Below, piece after piece: positions 1 to 10,651 of a DNA stretch of 64,000 bases. Source of the stretch: Bacilli bacterium (GTDB taxonomy: Bacteria; Bacillota_I; Bacilli_A; RF39; UBA660); contig JAFWMN010000008.1 of the NCBI GenBank assembly GCA_017513865.1, positions 15,232 to 79,231 on the forward strand. Reading direction: 5' to 3'. A program made the position numbers and the translations under genes. Numbering within the stretch: the first letter of the stretch is position 1; every line of letters begins with the position of its first letter. The notes beneath the pieces are model-generated. The model searched no databases. It was not told where the DNA came from and worked only from the letters and a program-made list of their open reading frames with translations.

Positions 1-1
1 C

Positions 2-661
2 ATACCACTCGGTACGGCAAATGATTTAGGAGCGATGTTTGGTATGGGAAAAGATCCTGTTCAAAACCTTAAAATGATTTTGGGCGGCGTAGTTAAACAA
101 GTTGATATTTGCCGAATAAATAAAAATCCTTTTGTTTATGTAGCTGGTATTGGTAAGTTTGTAAATATTGCTTATGATACACCACGTGATAAGAAAAAGA
201 GGTGGGGCTATTTAGCTTATTTAATGAACGCTGTTAAAATATTTAATAGTAAAACTAAGCTTTTTGAAATAACTTATACTTTAAATGGTGAAGAGTATAC
301 TGGTCTTTATTCATTTTTGCTTATTTGTAATGCATCTAGAATGGGTGGAATTAAAATGCTTCAAGATGTTAAAATGGATGATAGTAGGTTTGAAGTACTT
401 TTATCAAATATTACAACCAAAAAAGATATTGTAAAAAGTTTACTTATGGTAAAAAATGATATTACTAAAGTTCCTGGTTTTTACTTTTATAAGACAGATT
501 ATTTAAAAATAAAGTTTAGGAAAAAACCCGATAAGAATTGGTGTATAGATGGTGAAGAATTATTAGATGATTCTTTAGAATATGAAATAGATATTGTTAA
601 AGATTTAAAAATGCTTTTACCTAAAAAAGAGATTAATAATATTTTTGTTAATAAGGAGTAA
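2..661 (+). CDS. Diacylglycerol/lipid kinase family protein (YegS/DgkB-like), 5'-truncated by window edge
   Basis: Frame is open from base 2 (IPLGTAND motif); C-terminal half has CNASRMGG and IDGE motifs. Confidence 0.85.
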   Translation: MPLGTANDLGAMFGMGKDPVQNLKMILGGVVKQVDICRINKNPFVYVAGIGKFVNIAYDTPRDKKKRWGYLAYLMNAVKIFNSKTKLFEITYTLNGEEYTGLYSFLLICNASRMGGIKMLQDVKMDDSRFEVLLSNITTKKDIVKSLLMVKNDITKVPGFYFYKTDYLKIKFRKKPDKNWCIDGEELLDDSLEYEIDIVKDLKMLLPKKEINNIFVNKE

Positions 662-664
662 TTT

Positions 665-997
665 ATGCAATGGATAGAAGAATTTTATAATTTTGAAGAT
701 ATTGAAGATAAAGATGAACGCGAATTAGAATCAAGTATTCTTGATGATAATGTTGTAGAAGAAGATATGTTTTTAAAAATCAGTGAAATTTTTGATAGTT
801 ATAAAGCAATTATGGAATTATTTGATATTGATGAAGATATAACTGAAGCAATTAGTATAATTGATGAAAGATTTGAAATTGCTTTAATAAAGCTAGAAGA
901 GAATTATGGTGTTTCTAAAGATGAAATAGATAATTATATAGCTAAACGCGATGAAATTTTAAAACCATATATTGAAGCTAAAAACAAGGCAATATAA
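665..997 (+). CDS. Hypothetical acidic protein
   Basis: 110-aa ORF with AAGGAG RBS, Asp/Glu-rich, no recognised motif. Confidence 0.6.
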   Translation: MQWIEEFYNFEDIEDKDERELESSILDDNVVEEDMFLKISEIFDSYKAIMELFDIDEDITEAISIIDERFEIALIKLEENYGVSKDEIDNYIAKRDEILKPYIEAKNKAI

Positions 998-1020
998 AGC
1001 CTTTTTTGGTGTTTATTAAT

Positions 1021-1049
1021 TTGCTTTTTATATATTTTTTTGTTATAAT
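1021..1049 (+). promoter_or_regulatory. sigmaA promoter for RNase J gene
   Basis: TTGCTT-17-TATAAT with extended -10 TG. Confidence 0.6.
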
Positions 1050-1085
1050 TTTATCGGCTTTTAAAAATTAAAGAAAGGAGTTAAA

Positions 1086-2732
1086 ATGAGTAAAATTAAA
1101 ATTTTTGGTCTTGGCGGACTTAATGAAAGTGCGAAAAACATGTATGTTATAGAAGTTAATAATGATATATTTGTTTTTGATGCTGGTCTTAAATATGCTG
1201 ATGACAAAATGCTTGGAGTAGATTATATTATTCCAAATTATGATTATATAAAAAATAATTTAAAAAATGTTAAGGGTATTTTTATTACTCACGGTCATGA
1301 TAATAATATGGGGGCTTTAACTGAAATAGTTAAAGACATTCCTGAAATTAAAATTTATGGAACCAAATTTACTTTAGAGGTTATTAAAGATGAATTTGTT
1401 TCGGAAAATTTAGATATTAAAAACTTAATTGAATTAAAACCACATAGGAAGGTGGATTTTGGGGAATGTAGTATTTTTCCAATATCACTGACACATACGG
1501 TTCCTGATGCGGTAGGTTATGTACTTTATACACCTGATGGGGCAATATTTTATACGGGTAATTTTTTATTTGATTCAACAATGCTTGGTAATTATAAAAC
1601 AGATATTGGTAAACTTGCTTATGTTGGAAAGCAAGGTGTTTTATGTTTACTTTCAGAATCTTTATATGCGGATAAAAAAGGGTATACTTCCCCTCATCAT
1701 AGAACAAGTGATATAATTAGAGAAATAATAAATAGAAATGAAGGTAGAATTCTATATAATGTTTATCAAACACAACTTTATAAAATTCAAGAATTATTTA
1801 ATGAACTTAAAAATACTGATAGAAATGTAGTTATTTTAGGTAAAAGATTAGAAAACGTAATTTTAAAAGCTATTGATATGAATTATGTTGATTTTGATAA
1901 AAAAAGAATTAAAACTATTTCCCATGTTAATGATGATAAAATTGTTGTAATAATTTCTGATGAAAGAGAAAAACCTTATTCTAATTTATCAAGGATAGTT
2001 CGAGGTTATGATAAATTTATAACTATAACTAATGAAGATACTGTTGTTTTTGCTTGTCCTGCTGATGATAGTATGGAGAGAACAGCTACTAAGATATGTG
2101 ATATTTTAGCTAAAATGGGAGCTAATATTATCGAGCTTCCACGAAGTAAATATTTATCTTATCATGCTTCTTCTGAAGATCTGATGTTAATGTTAAATCT
2201 AATGAATCCAAAATATTATATGCCAGTTAACGGTGAATATCGTCATATGGTTGCTAATAAGGAAGTAGCAATGAAAGTTGGCATGGATGAAGATAATGTA
2301 TTACTTAGATTAAATGGTGAAATTGCTTATTTTGAAGATGGAAAACTAATAGACAATGGTATGAAGATACCTACTGATGATATTTTAGTCGATGGTTTAG
2401 GTACAGGAGATGTTGGAGAACTTGTTTTAAAAGATAGAGAACTTTTAAGTACTAACGGTATTGTTATTATTACAACTACTATTGATAGAGAATCTAAAGA
2501 AGTTTTAGCTGGTCCGGAAGTTTTAACTAGAGGGTTTATATATGTTAAAGAAAATACGGAACTTATAAAAGAAGCTCAAAAAATATCTGCTGATGTTATT
2601 AAAGAAAATACTAAAGGCAATTTCATTGATTTTAATAAAGTTAAACTTGGAATTAGAGATAAAGTTTCAAAATACTTTTATGAACAAACTGAGTGTAAAC
2701 CGATGATATTAGTATCAATATTGGAAGTCTAA
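1086..2732 (+). CDS. rnjB: Ribonuclease J, J2-like (degenerate metal-binding motif)
   Basis: GLGGLNE, DAG, PVNGEYRH and C-terminal RGF motifs; HGHDNNMG in place of J1 HGHEDHIG. Confidence 0.8.
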   Translation: MSKIKIFGLGGLNESAKNMYVIEVNNDIFVFDAGLKYADDKMLGVDYIIPNYDYIKNNLKNVKGIFITHGHDNNMGALTEIVKDIPEIKIYGTKFTLEVIKDEFVSENLDIKNLIELKPHRKVDFGECSIFPISLTHTVPDAVGYVLYTPDGAIFYTGNFLFDSTMLGNYKTDIGKLAYVGKQGVLCLLSESLYADKKGYTSPHHRTSDIIREIINRNEGRILYNVYQTQLYKIQELFNELKNTDRNVVILGKRLENVILKAIDMNYVDFDKKRIKTISHVNDDKIVVIISDEREKPYSNLSRIVRGYDKFITITNEDTVVFACPADDSMERTATKICDILAKMGANIIELPRSKYLSYHASSEDLMLMLNLMNPKYYMPVNGEYRHMVANKEVAMKVGMDEDNVLLRLNGEIAYFEDGKLIDNGMKIPTDDILVDGLGTGDVGELVLKDRELLSTNGIVIITTTIDRESKEVLAGPEVLTRGFIYVKENTELIKEAQKISADVIKENTKGNFIDFNKVKLGIRDKVSKYFYEQTECKPMILVSILEV

Positions 2733-2800
2733 GGACTTCTTTTTGCTTGAATAAACAAATTAATTATGGTATTATTTTTAAAGGAAAAGAAGTGATTTAT

Positions 2801-4213
2801 ATGTTAATTCCCGAAAGAGAAAAAGCTAAGATTAGAAGCAAGAATAAAGTCTTGACTAAAGAATATAAAATAGATGATGAGTTAAAAGAACTAGGTTTGG
2901 GTAAAACGTATTTTATTAAAACATATGGCTGTCAAATGAATGTTCATGATTCTGAGAATATTAAAGCTATTTTAGAGGAAATGAGTTTTAAAGAAGCTCT
3001 TGTTATGGAAGAGGCTGATTTAATTTTGCTTAATACTTGTGCGATTAGAGAAAATGCCCATAATAAAGTATTTGGTATGCTTGGAAGAATTAAACATTTA
3101 AAAGAAGAAAGACCTAATGTAATAGCCGGCATATGTGGGTGTATGGCTCAAGAAGAAGGTGTTGTTTCTTTAATTTTAGAAAAGTATAAATTTCTTGATT
3201 TGGTTTTTGGTACACACAACATTCATGAATTGCCTTTAATTTTAGAAAAAGCTATTAATAGTAAAAAAATGGAAGTACAAGTTTATAGTTGTGAAGGAGA
3301 TATTATTGAAAATATCCCAGCTAAAAGAGATAGTAAATATAAAGCTTTTGTTAATATAATGTATGGTTGTGATAAATTTTGTACATACTGTATAGTGCCT
3401 TATACTAGAGGAAAACAAAGAAGTCGAAATCCTAAAGATATAATAAGAGAGATCGAAAAATTAAAGGAAGCAGGTTATAAAGAAGTTACTTTACTTGGGC
3501 AAAATGTTAATGCTTATGGTAAAGATTTAGATATTAATTATGATATGAGCAATTTACTTACTGATGTAGCTTCTACGGGTATTTCACGCATTTTCTTTGT
3601 GACATCGCATCCTTGGGATTTTACTGATGAAATGATTGAGGTTATTAGTAAATATGATAATATCATGCCTTATATTCATTTGCCACTACAATCTGGATCT
3701 AATAGAATATTAAAACTTATGGGTAGAAGATATACTAAGGAATCTTATTTGGAATTATTTCATAAAATAAAAGATAAAATTAAAAATGTTTCTGTTACAA
3801 CGGATATAATTGTCGGTTTCCCAGGAGAAACGGATGATGATTTTAATGATACTTTAGATGTGGTGAATGAATGTAAATATGATTCCGCCTTTACCTTTAT
3901 ATTTTCTCCTAGAGAAGGAACACCAGCTAGTAAAATGAAGGATGATATTCCTTTAGAAGTAAAGGAAAAAAGACTTTATAAACTAAATGATATTATTAAC
4001 AAATATGCTTTAGAAGCTAATCAAAAATACATGGGTAAAATAGTAAAGGTACTACTTGAGGGTGAAAGTTCTAAAGGTGGATTACTTATGGGTTATACTG
4101 ACACAATGAAGCTTATTAATGTAAAAGCCTCAAAAGATAAAGTTGGAGAAATTGTAAATGTTAAAATAACTAATGTCCAATCATTTAGTATGGATGGGGA
4201 AATAGTTGAATAA
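2801..4213 (+). CDS. miaB: tRNA methylthiotransferase MiaB
   Basis: TYGCQMN, NTCAIRE, radical SAM CDKFCTYC, IVGFPGET, C-terminal TRAM domain. Confidence 0.95.
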   Translation: MLIPEREKAKIRSKNKVLTKEYKIDDELKELGLGKTYFIKTYGCQMNVHDSENIKAILEEMSFKEALVMEEADLILLNTCAIRENAHNKVFGMLGRIKHLKEERPNVIAGICGCMAQEEGVVSLILEKYKFLDLVFGTHNIHELPLILEKAINSKKMEVQVYSCEGDIIENIPAKRDSKYKAFVNIMYGCDKFCTYCIVPYTRGKQRSRNPKDIIREIEKLKEAGYKEVTLLGQNVNAYGKDLDINYDMSNLLTDVASTGISRIFFVTSHPWDFTDEMIEVISKYDNIMPYIHLPLQSGSNRILKLMGRRYTKESYLELFHKIKDKIKNVSVTTDIIVGFPGETDDDFNDTLDVVNECKYDSAFTFIFSPREGTPASKMKDDIPLEVKEKRLYKLNDIINKYALEANQKYMGKIVKVLLEGESSKGGLLMGYTDTMKLINVKASKDKVGEIVNVKITNVQSFSMDGEIVE

Positions 4214-4257
4214 TTTTAAATATTTTGGTATAGTTATTTTAGGAAGTAGGAATAGTT

Positions 4258-5559
4258 ATGAATAAGAAAAAGGTAGATGATTTTGCCGATAAAGTTTCTT
4301 CAAAAATTAACTATATTTTAGAAGATACGCTTTTAGATAAAGAAGCAAAAAATGAAGAGGGGAAAATTTTTAATTATGAGGATTTAGTTAAAAATAATCC
4401 AAAAGCTAAAATGTCTAAATTATTGTGGATTATATCTATATTTTTAATTTTAGTTATATCTTTATATTTAGTTTTTACTTTTTTTAATGGCAATCCACAA
4501 TCTATTTTTACTAATACTATTGATAAATTTTTCTCATCTATAACTAATAATATAAGTGATAATAACTATGATATTTCTAAAGGTAAAATTGATTTTTCAG
4601 CAAATATTAATAGTAACAATAATAATGAATTATTAAGTGAATTTAATAAGATAACTCTTTCTTTTGATTATAATATGGATAGTGCAAATAGTTTGCTTAA
4701 ACTAAATATGGCATCTAAATACGAAGATGAAGATTTCATTAAATTAGATTTTTATAATGATAAGAATAATGTGTATCTTTATTCTAGTGATTTATATGAT
4801 AAGTATATAAAAATAAAAAATGATAGTAAATTTAAATTTATAAGGCCAAAAGAAGTTAAGTTAATATTAAATGGATTAAATCAAGCTTTTGATAAAGTGG
4901 CTACTTTGGAAAAAATATATGGAAAGAAAACAACACTTGATTATGGAAATAAAACGATTAATGTTTCAGAAACAAAACTTTTGATTGATAATAGTAATTA
5001 TGATGAGGTATCTGAAGTTTTTGTAAACACATTAAAATCAAATTCTGAATTTGTTTCAGCTTTAGCTAAATTTAGAGGAACTTCAAACAAAAAAATTCAA
5101 AAATCATTGGAAAATTTTTTACTAAAATTAAAGCAATTTTTTAAAGATAATGAAAAATTTGAAGTGACTTTATATAATGATAGAAAAACAAAAGAATTTG
5201 TTAAAGGGGAAATGAAAGGAAATATTGTTACTTTTACTTTAATTAAAAACGGAAATAAATATTCATATGCTTTTGATAGTAAGGATTCTCAAAAAAGCAG
5301 TGGTGATATTGTTTTTGATGTTAATAGTAAGAAAACAGAATATAATTTTGAAATTAATTTTAAAGATGAAATTAATGATGAAAAGACCTCGGGAAATATA
5401 AAACTTTATTTTACTAATACTAAAGCTAAAAGTTTTAAGCGCATTAATATTAGTGAAGCTAAGGATATTAATGAACTTAGTGAATTGGAAAAGGTTGGAA
5501 TTTATGCAAAAATATTTTCTAATCCTAAAATGAGCAATTTTATAAAATTTATTAAGTAG
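4258..5559 (+). CDS. Hypothetical membrane-anchored protein
   Basis: 433-aa ORF with one hydrophobic helix near residues 55-76. Confidence 0.65.
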   Translation: MNKKKVDDFADKVSSKINYILEDTLLDKEAKNEEGKIFNYEDLVKNNPKAKMSKLLWIISIFLILVISLYLVFTFFNGNPQSIFTNTIDKFFSSITNNISDNNYDISKGKIDFSANINSNNNNELLSEFNKITLSFDYNMDSANSLLKLNMASKYEDEDFIKLDFYNDKNNVYLYSSDLYDKYIKIKNDSKFKFIRPKEVKLILNGLNQAFDKVATLEKIYGKKTTLDYGNKTINVSETKLLIDNSNYDEVSEVFVNTLKSNSEFVSALAKFRGTSNKKIQKSLENFLLKLKQFFKDNEKFEVTLYNDRKTKEFVKGEMKGNIVTFTLIKNGNKYSYAFDSKDSQKSSGDIVFDVNSKKTEYNFEINFKDEINDEKTSGNIKLYFTNTKAKSFKRINISEAKDINELSELEKVGIYAKIFSNPKMSNFIKFIK

Positions 5560-5582
5560 TTTAAATACTACTTTTTTTGTGT

Positions 5583-5608
5583 ACTTTTTTTAATTAGATG
5601 CATATCTT
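5583..5608 (+). promoter_or_regulatory. Possible mother-cell (sigmaK/sigmaE-type) promoter of cotE
   Basis: AC-N16-CATATCTT upstream of cotE. Confidence 0.35.
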
Positions 5609-5626
5609 AAAATGAGGGGTGATATA

Positions 5627-6166
5627 ATGGCCTTTTATAAGGAGATAGTAACTAAAGCAGTTGTTGGCAAAGGTAAAAAATATTTTAAAAATAATTATTC
5701 TATTGAGGTTCAGGATAAACCATCAACAATATTAGGATGTTGGATAATAAATCATAAATTTAAAGGTTATAAAGTTGAAAATAAAGTAGGAGTGGACGGA
5801 TCTTTTGATATCAATATATGGTATTCTTATGATAATGATAGTAAAACATCTGTTATAAATAAAAATATTAGTTATAATGATATATTTAATGTTAAAGTTC
5901 GTGATGATGCCACTTTATCTAATGATACTGACATAATTGTTAGATCTTTAAAGCAGCCTACTTGTTTAGATGTTAAGTTGGAAAATAATATTATTTCTTT
6001 TGATATTGAAAAAGAACTTGGGGTTGAGATAGTTGGTGAGACTAAAATGAAGATTGCGGTTGAAGAGGATGAAGAACCATGGGATGAACTTACTAGTGAT
6101 AGTGATATTGATGAATCATTAAATGATATTGATGAAATTGATGAAAATTATTTGGAAAAACACTAA
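5627..6166 (+). CDS. cotE: Outer spore coat protein CotE
   Basis: EIVTKAVVGKG, ILGCWIINH, DINIWYSY, GETK motifs; acidic tail; downstream of miaB as in Bacillus. Confidence 0.92.
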   Translation: MAFYKEIVTKAVVGKGKKYFKNNYSIEVQDKPSTILGCWIINHKFKGYKVENKVGVDGSFDINIWYSYDNDSKTSVINKNISYNDIFNVKVRDDATLSNDTDIIVRSLKQPTCLDVKLENNIISFDIEKELGVEIVGETKMKIAVEEDEEPWDELTSDSDIDESLNDIDEIDENYLEKH

Positions 6167-6232
6167 AATATGGTGTTTTTTTAATTATTATATTTATATC
6201 TGAATATAATAAAGTGTGTTAACTAGAAAAGG

Positions 6233-6261
6233 TTGACATACGGTTTCTTTTATGATATAGT
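6233..6261 (+). promoter_or_regulatory. sigmaA promoter for rpsP
   Basis: TTGACA-17-TATAGT. Confidence 0.65.
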
Positions 6262-6283
6262 TATTGTGAAATGGAGGGAAATT

Positions 6284-6568
6284 ATGGCAGTTAAATTAAG
6301 ATTACTTAGAATGGGTGCGAAAAGAAAACCTTATTATAGAATTGTGGCAGCTGATTCACGCACTAAAAGAGATGGAAAATATATAGAATTAATTGGTACT
6401 TATAATCCAACTCATAATCCGGCTGAAATTAGTATTAAAGAGGATGTTGCTTTAAAATGGCTAAATAATGGAGCGATTCCAACAGATACTGTTAAAAGTT
6501 TATTTAGAAGTCAAGGAATTAATGAAAAATTTCATCAAGCAAAAACTTCTAAAAAAGAGAGTAAATAA
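6284..6568 (+). CDS. rpsP: 30S ribosomal protein S16
   Basis: [26 protein letters not shown]. Confidence 0.97.
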   Translation: MAVKLRLLRMGAKRKPYYRIVAADSRTKRDGKYIELIGTYNPTHNPAEISIKEDVALKWLNNGAIPTDTVKSLFRSQGINEKFHQAKTSKKESK

Positions 6569-6570
6569 TT

Positions 6571-6813
6571 ATGAAATTAGATAGTTTAACGGAATTTTTA
6601 GTTAAAAGTTTAGTTAGTAATCCTGATATGGTTTCGGTGAAACAATTTGATGATGAAGAGCAAATTGTTATTGAAGTATTAGTTAGTTCTGAAGATATGG
6701 GCAAAGTTATTGGCAAACGTGGAATGATTGCAAATGCGATTAGAACTATTGTTCAAGCTAGTAGTCGTTTAAATAATGGAGCTTATGTAAAAATTAATAT
6801 AGATTCTTTTTAG
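6571..6813 (+). CDS. khpA: KH-domain RNA-binding protein KhpA (YlqC)
   Basis: DMGKVIGKRG KH loop, directly after rpsP. Confidence 0.92.
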   Translation: MKLDSLTEFLVKSLVSNPDMVSVKQFDDEEQIVIEVLVSSEDMGKVIGKRGMIANAIRTIVQASSRLNNGAYVKINIDSF

Positions 6814-6868
6814 AATCTTTTTTATTTACTAGTATTTATAAATATGATATATTTATATTGGTGATAGT

Positions 6869-7360
6869 ATGAAGAATAAAGGTTTTACTTTAATAGAATT
6901 AGTTGCAGTTGTAGGAATTTTAGCAGTTGTTTTAATAGTTTCTGGTCCGGCGATTTTGAAAATTTTGAATTTTTCTCGTGATAGTGTTTCTGATGAACAA
7001 AAAAAATCTATTGTAGATGCGGCAAGATCTTGGGGTTTAGAAAATTTATATATTGTTAAAGATGATACAGGAAATAGATTTGCTTCACAAAATTGGATAG
7101 ATATTAATACACTTTATGAGGCTAAATATTTAAAAAGTAATGAGTTTAAAAATATGAAAGTTGAAGAAGGCAAAATTGCTGGAGTTTGTGTTCATTTTAT
7201 TCAAAACCAGTTTGTATATACTTATGAAGAAATTGATGATGTTTCAGATCCTAACGAAAAAGCTTTGGAAATTGAAGAGGCTTGTAACAGAGATACAGAA
7301 GAAGGAACAGTAGATGATCAAGCGTATATAACGGATGAAGTAGAAAATAATGGTGAATAA
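6869..7360 (+). CDS. Type IV pilin-like protein (prepilin cleavage/methylation motif)
   Basis: MKNKG/FTLIELVAVVGIL class III signal peptide. Confidence 0.85.
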   Translation: MKNKGFTLIELVAVVGILAVVLIVSGPAILKILNFSRDSVSDEQKKSIVDAARSWGLENLYIVKDDTGNRFASQNWIDINTLYEAKYLKSNEFKNMKVEEGKIAGVCVHFIQNQFVYTYEEIDDVSDPNEKALEIEEACNRDTEEGTVDDQAYITDEVENNGE

Positions 7361-7432
7361 AAATTAGTGACATAGGTCACTTTTTTTTGTTATAAAAAAC
7401 ATGTTTTGACATATTTTTTAATAGGTGATGTT

Positions 7433-8584
7433 ATGAAAAAAATGATTATAGTATTTTTGATATTTGTTTTTATTCCTATAGTTAGAGCTACTGATTTAAG
7501 TTTTGCAGCAAATGCTAAATCGGCGTTTTTAATGGAGGCAAGCACTGGAAAAATATTATATGAAAAAAATGCTGATGAAAAATTAGTGCCAGCTAGTATG
7601 ACTAAAATGATGAGCATGCTGTTGATTTTAGAAGCAATTGAAAATAATGTTTTAAAATGGAATCAGATAGTTACTGTTTCAGAAAATGCCTCAGGAATGG
7701 GTGGGAGTCAAATACTTTTGGAAACTGGTGAAAAAATGACAGTTAAAGATTTATTTAAAGGTGTGGCTATTGCTAGTGGAAATGATGCAGTAGTTGCTTT
7801 AGCTGAAGCAAGTTACGGTAGTGAAAGTGTTTTTGTAGATCATATGAATAAAAAAGCTAGAGAATTAGGTCTTAAAAATACTAATTTTAAAAATCCTCAT
7901 GGTCTTGATGCAGCTGATCATTATTCTAGTGCAAGAGATATGGCTTTAATAGCTAAAGAACTTTCTAAACATGAAGAGGTTTTCAAATATACATCAGTTT
8001 ATGATGATTATTTAAGAGAAAATACGGATAGAAAAATATGGCTTGTCAATACTAATAAATTAGTTAAATTTTATGATGGTGTTGATGGGCTTAAAACAGG
8101 TTTTACGGATGGAGCTGGTTATTGTATAACAACGACAGCTAAAAAAAATGGAATGCGCATTATTGCTGTTGTTATGGGTGAACCTACAAGTAAAATGCGG
8201 AATAAAGAAATTAGTGAAATGCTCGATTATGCTTTTGCTCAGTATAAAGTAGATGATGTACTTAAAGGTAAAAAAATATTAGGAAAGTACCGTGTTGATA
8301 GTGGTATAGAAGAATTTGCCAATGTTATCCCAAGTGAAAAGGCTACAGTAATTAATAAAAAGGGAGAAGACTTAGATGGTTTTAACTATAAAGTTTATAT
8401 TGATGGTTTAAAAGCACCAGTTAAAAAAGGTGATAAAGTTGGGAATTTAAAAATATTTTTAAATGGTAAGGTTATCAGAACTATTAAATTAACCGTTGAT
8501 AAAGATATTTCTAAAATAAATTTCATAGAATTATTTATAAGAAATTTAAAAGATATGGTTAAGGGAAATATTAATATAAATTAG
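7433..8584 (+). CDS. dacF: D-alanyl-D-alanine carboxypeptidase, DacF-like
   Basis: SMTK, SGN and KTG motifs; GGSQI and LVNTNKLV segments typical of DacF. Confidence 0.8.
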   Translation: MKKMIIVFLIFVFIPIVRATDLSFAANAKSAFLMEASTGKILYEKNADEKLVPASMTKMMSMLLILEAIENNVLKWNQIVTVSENASGMGGSQILLETGEKMTVKDLFKGVAIASGNDAVVALAEASYGSESVFVDHMNKKARELGLKNTNFKNPHGLDAADHYSSARDMALIAKELSKHEEVFKYTSVYDDYLRENTDRKIWLVNTNKLVKFYDGVDGLKTGFTDGAGYCITTTAKKNGMRIIAVVMGEPTSKMRNKEISEMLDYAFAQYKVDDVLKGKKILGKYRVDSGIEEFANVIPSEKATVINKKGEDLDGFNYKVYIDGLKAPVKKGDKVGNLKIFLNGKVIRTIKLTVDKDISKINFIELFIRNLKDMVKGNININ

Positions 8585-8657
8585 TATTTTTCTTTTCTTT
8601 TTGTTTGTTGAAGAAAGTTATTAAATGTGATATTATAATAAATGTTGGAGGTGTTTT

Positions 8658-9179
8658 ATGAAAGATTATATTCCTGATATGTATCAGAAGAGTATTTATA
8701 CTGTTGATTATTCTAAATTATTAAGTAAAGGTATAAAATGTATCTTATATGATTTAGATAATACGATAATACCTCCAAAATCAAGCGATCCAGTACCTAA
8801 AGCAAAAGATTTGTTTACTAGTTTAAAACAAAAAGGATTTAGAATATTTATTCTTACTAATAGTCCGGAGTTTAGACTTAAAAAGTTTACAGAATATTAT
8901 GGGATTGAAGGCGTTTCTTGGGCTTTAAAACCACATACTTTTAAATTAAAAAAGTTAATAAAAAAGTATAATTATAAGCCATCTGAAGTTGCTTTAATAG
9001 GTGATCAAATTATGACCGATGTTAAATGTGGAAATAAAGTAGGGGTCACAACAATACTTACGAAACCTCTTCACGAAGAAGAATTTTTTGTGACTAAAAT
9101 AAATAGATTTTTAGAAAACAAAAAGTTAAAAGAACTTGAAAAGAAAGGTTTATTTCATAAGGATGATTTTTATGAATAA
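8658..9179 (+). CDS. yqeG: HAD IIIA phosphatase YqeG
   Basis: DLDNT and IGDQIMTD motifs; precedes yqeH. Confidence 0.9.
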   Translation: MKDYIPDMYQKSIYTVDYSKLLSKGIKCILYDLDNTIIPPKSSDPVPKAKDLFTSLKQKGFRIFILTNSPEFRLKKFTEYYGIEGVSWALKPHTFKLKKLIKKYNYKPSEVALIGDQIMTDVKCGNKVGVTTILTKPLHEEEFFVTKINRFLENKKLKELEKKGLFHKDDFYE

Positions 9180-10149
9180 ATGTTTGGGGTGTGGAGCGGT
9201 TTTACAAAATGAAGATTCTTCTTTAGATGGTTATACTAAAAATTTAAATTATAAATATTGTCAAAGATGTTTTAAAATAAATTATTATAATGAATATATT
9301 TTTAGTTCTAAATCTAATTCAGATTATTTAAAGAAAATTGAAAAAATTAATAAGACAAAAGATCTTGTAATTTTAACGTTAGATTTTTTAAATATGTTTG
9401 ATATTAATAGGTTAAATTTAAATAATCCAATACTGCTTGTAATTACTAAAAAGGATTTGATTCCGAGATCAGTTAATGAAGTAAAATTTTTAGATAAAAT
9501 TAAAAGTGATTTAAATATTAAAGATAAAATGTTTATTTCAAGCAAAAATAATTATAATTTAGATTTACTTATGGATAAAATTTATAAACATAAGACAAGT
9601 AATAATGTTTATGTAGTAGGTCTTACAAATTCCGGGAAGTCAACTTTAATAAATAAAATTTTAAAGAATTATTCTATTAATGAATCGGATATTACTACTA
9701 GTAACTTACCTTCAACGACATTAGATTTTTTAGAAAAAAAAGTTGATAAAGACCTTACGTTAATTGATACTCCGGGATTACTTGATGACGGTAGTATACT
9801 TTTAAATTCTTCTAAAGAAGAGCTTAAAAAAATAATTCCTAAAAAAGAAATTAATCCAATAATTTATCAAATAAAAAATGATCAATCTATTATAATTGAA
9901 GATTTTTTAAAAGTTGATATACCTAAGTTTAATAATATAATTCTTTATATGTCTAATGATTTAAATGTAACTAGAATATATAAGGAAAATAATAATTTAA
10001 ATGAATTAAATTTATATAAAATTAATATTTCTGATAATAGTGATTTGGTTATTAAAGGTTTGGGTTTTATTAAATTTAAAAATGAATGTGAAATAAAAGT
10101 ATATTTAAAAAAAGGGGTTAAATATTTTGTTAGAAAATCTATTGTATGA
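9172..10149 (+). CDS. yqeH: Ribosome biogenesis GTPase YqeH
   Basis: CxGCG...CQRC zinc knuckle; circularly permuted TKKD, GLTNSGKS, DTPG. Confidence 0.88.
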   Translation: MNKCLGCGAVLQNEDSSLDGYTKNLNYKYCQRCFKINYYNEYIFSSKSNSDYLKKIEKINKTKDLVILTLDFLNMFDINRLNLNNPILLVITKKDLIPRSVNEVKFLDKIKSDLNIKDKMFISSKNNYNLDLLMDKIYKHKTSNNVYVVGLTNSGKSTLINKILKNYSINESDITTSNLPSTTLDFLEKKVDKDLTLIDTPGLLDDGSILLNSSKEELKKIIPKKEINPIIYQIKNDQSIIIEDFLKVDIPKFNNIILYMSNDLNVTRIYKENNNLNELNLYKINISDNSDLVIKGLGFIKFKNECEIKVYLKKGVKYFVRKSIV

Positions 10150-10163
10150 TTATGGAGGTATTT

Positions 10164-10610
10164 ATGAATGAAAATTATGGATATTTAACAGATAATGGAA
10201 AGAATGATGATCATTGTGCTCTTTCTAAAGCTTTAGTGTCAATGAGATTAGACACTTTTATTGAAAATCTTTCAAATGAAAGTGGAGTAAATAGGGAAGA
10301 TATAGTTATTTCTTTTTGTAGATATAACGAGGAAGTTAATATGTTACAATTTTATGTTCTTTCAACTTCAAAAAAGTGTTTTTTTAATTACCATATTTAT
10401 TTTCCTTATGATTTTAGTAAGCATGAAAATGTAGGTAGCGTTCTTAAGGATAACCCATTATGTTATTTTACTGTTGGTGATATAATGCGTTTTTCAGAAG
10501 AAACTTATAACCACCCTAAAGATCTATTTAGTAAGGCAGTTATGAAAGATTTAATTAAAAATAAAGATTATGATAAACAAAAAGTGTTAATTAAGAATCA
10601 AAATAATTGA
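10164..10610 (+). CDS. Hypothetical protein
   Basis: ORF with GGAGG RBS, no recognised motif. Confidence 0.55.
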   Translation: MNENYGYLTDNGKNDDHCALSKALVSMRLDTFIENLSNESGVNREDIVISFCRYNEEVNMLQFYVLSTSKKCFFNYHIYFPYDFSKHENVGSVLKDNPLCYFTVGDIMRFSEETYNHPKDLFSKAVMKDLIKNKDYDKQKVLIKNQNN

Positions 10611-10651
10611 TTCTTTTTTCTTATGTGTTATAATTATAATAGGTGAAGAAT

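Noticed and set aside
1086-2732. Degenerate catalytic motif in RNase J as a pseudogene sign
   Set aside because: The frame is intact, and such substitutions are expected for J2 paralogs in Bacilli.
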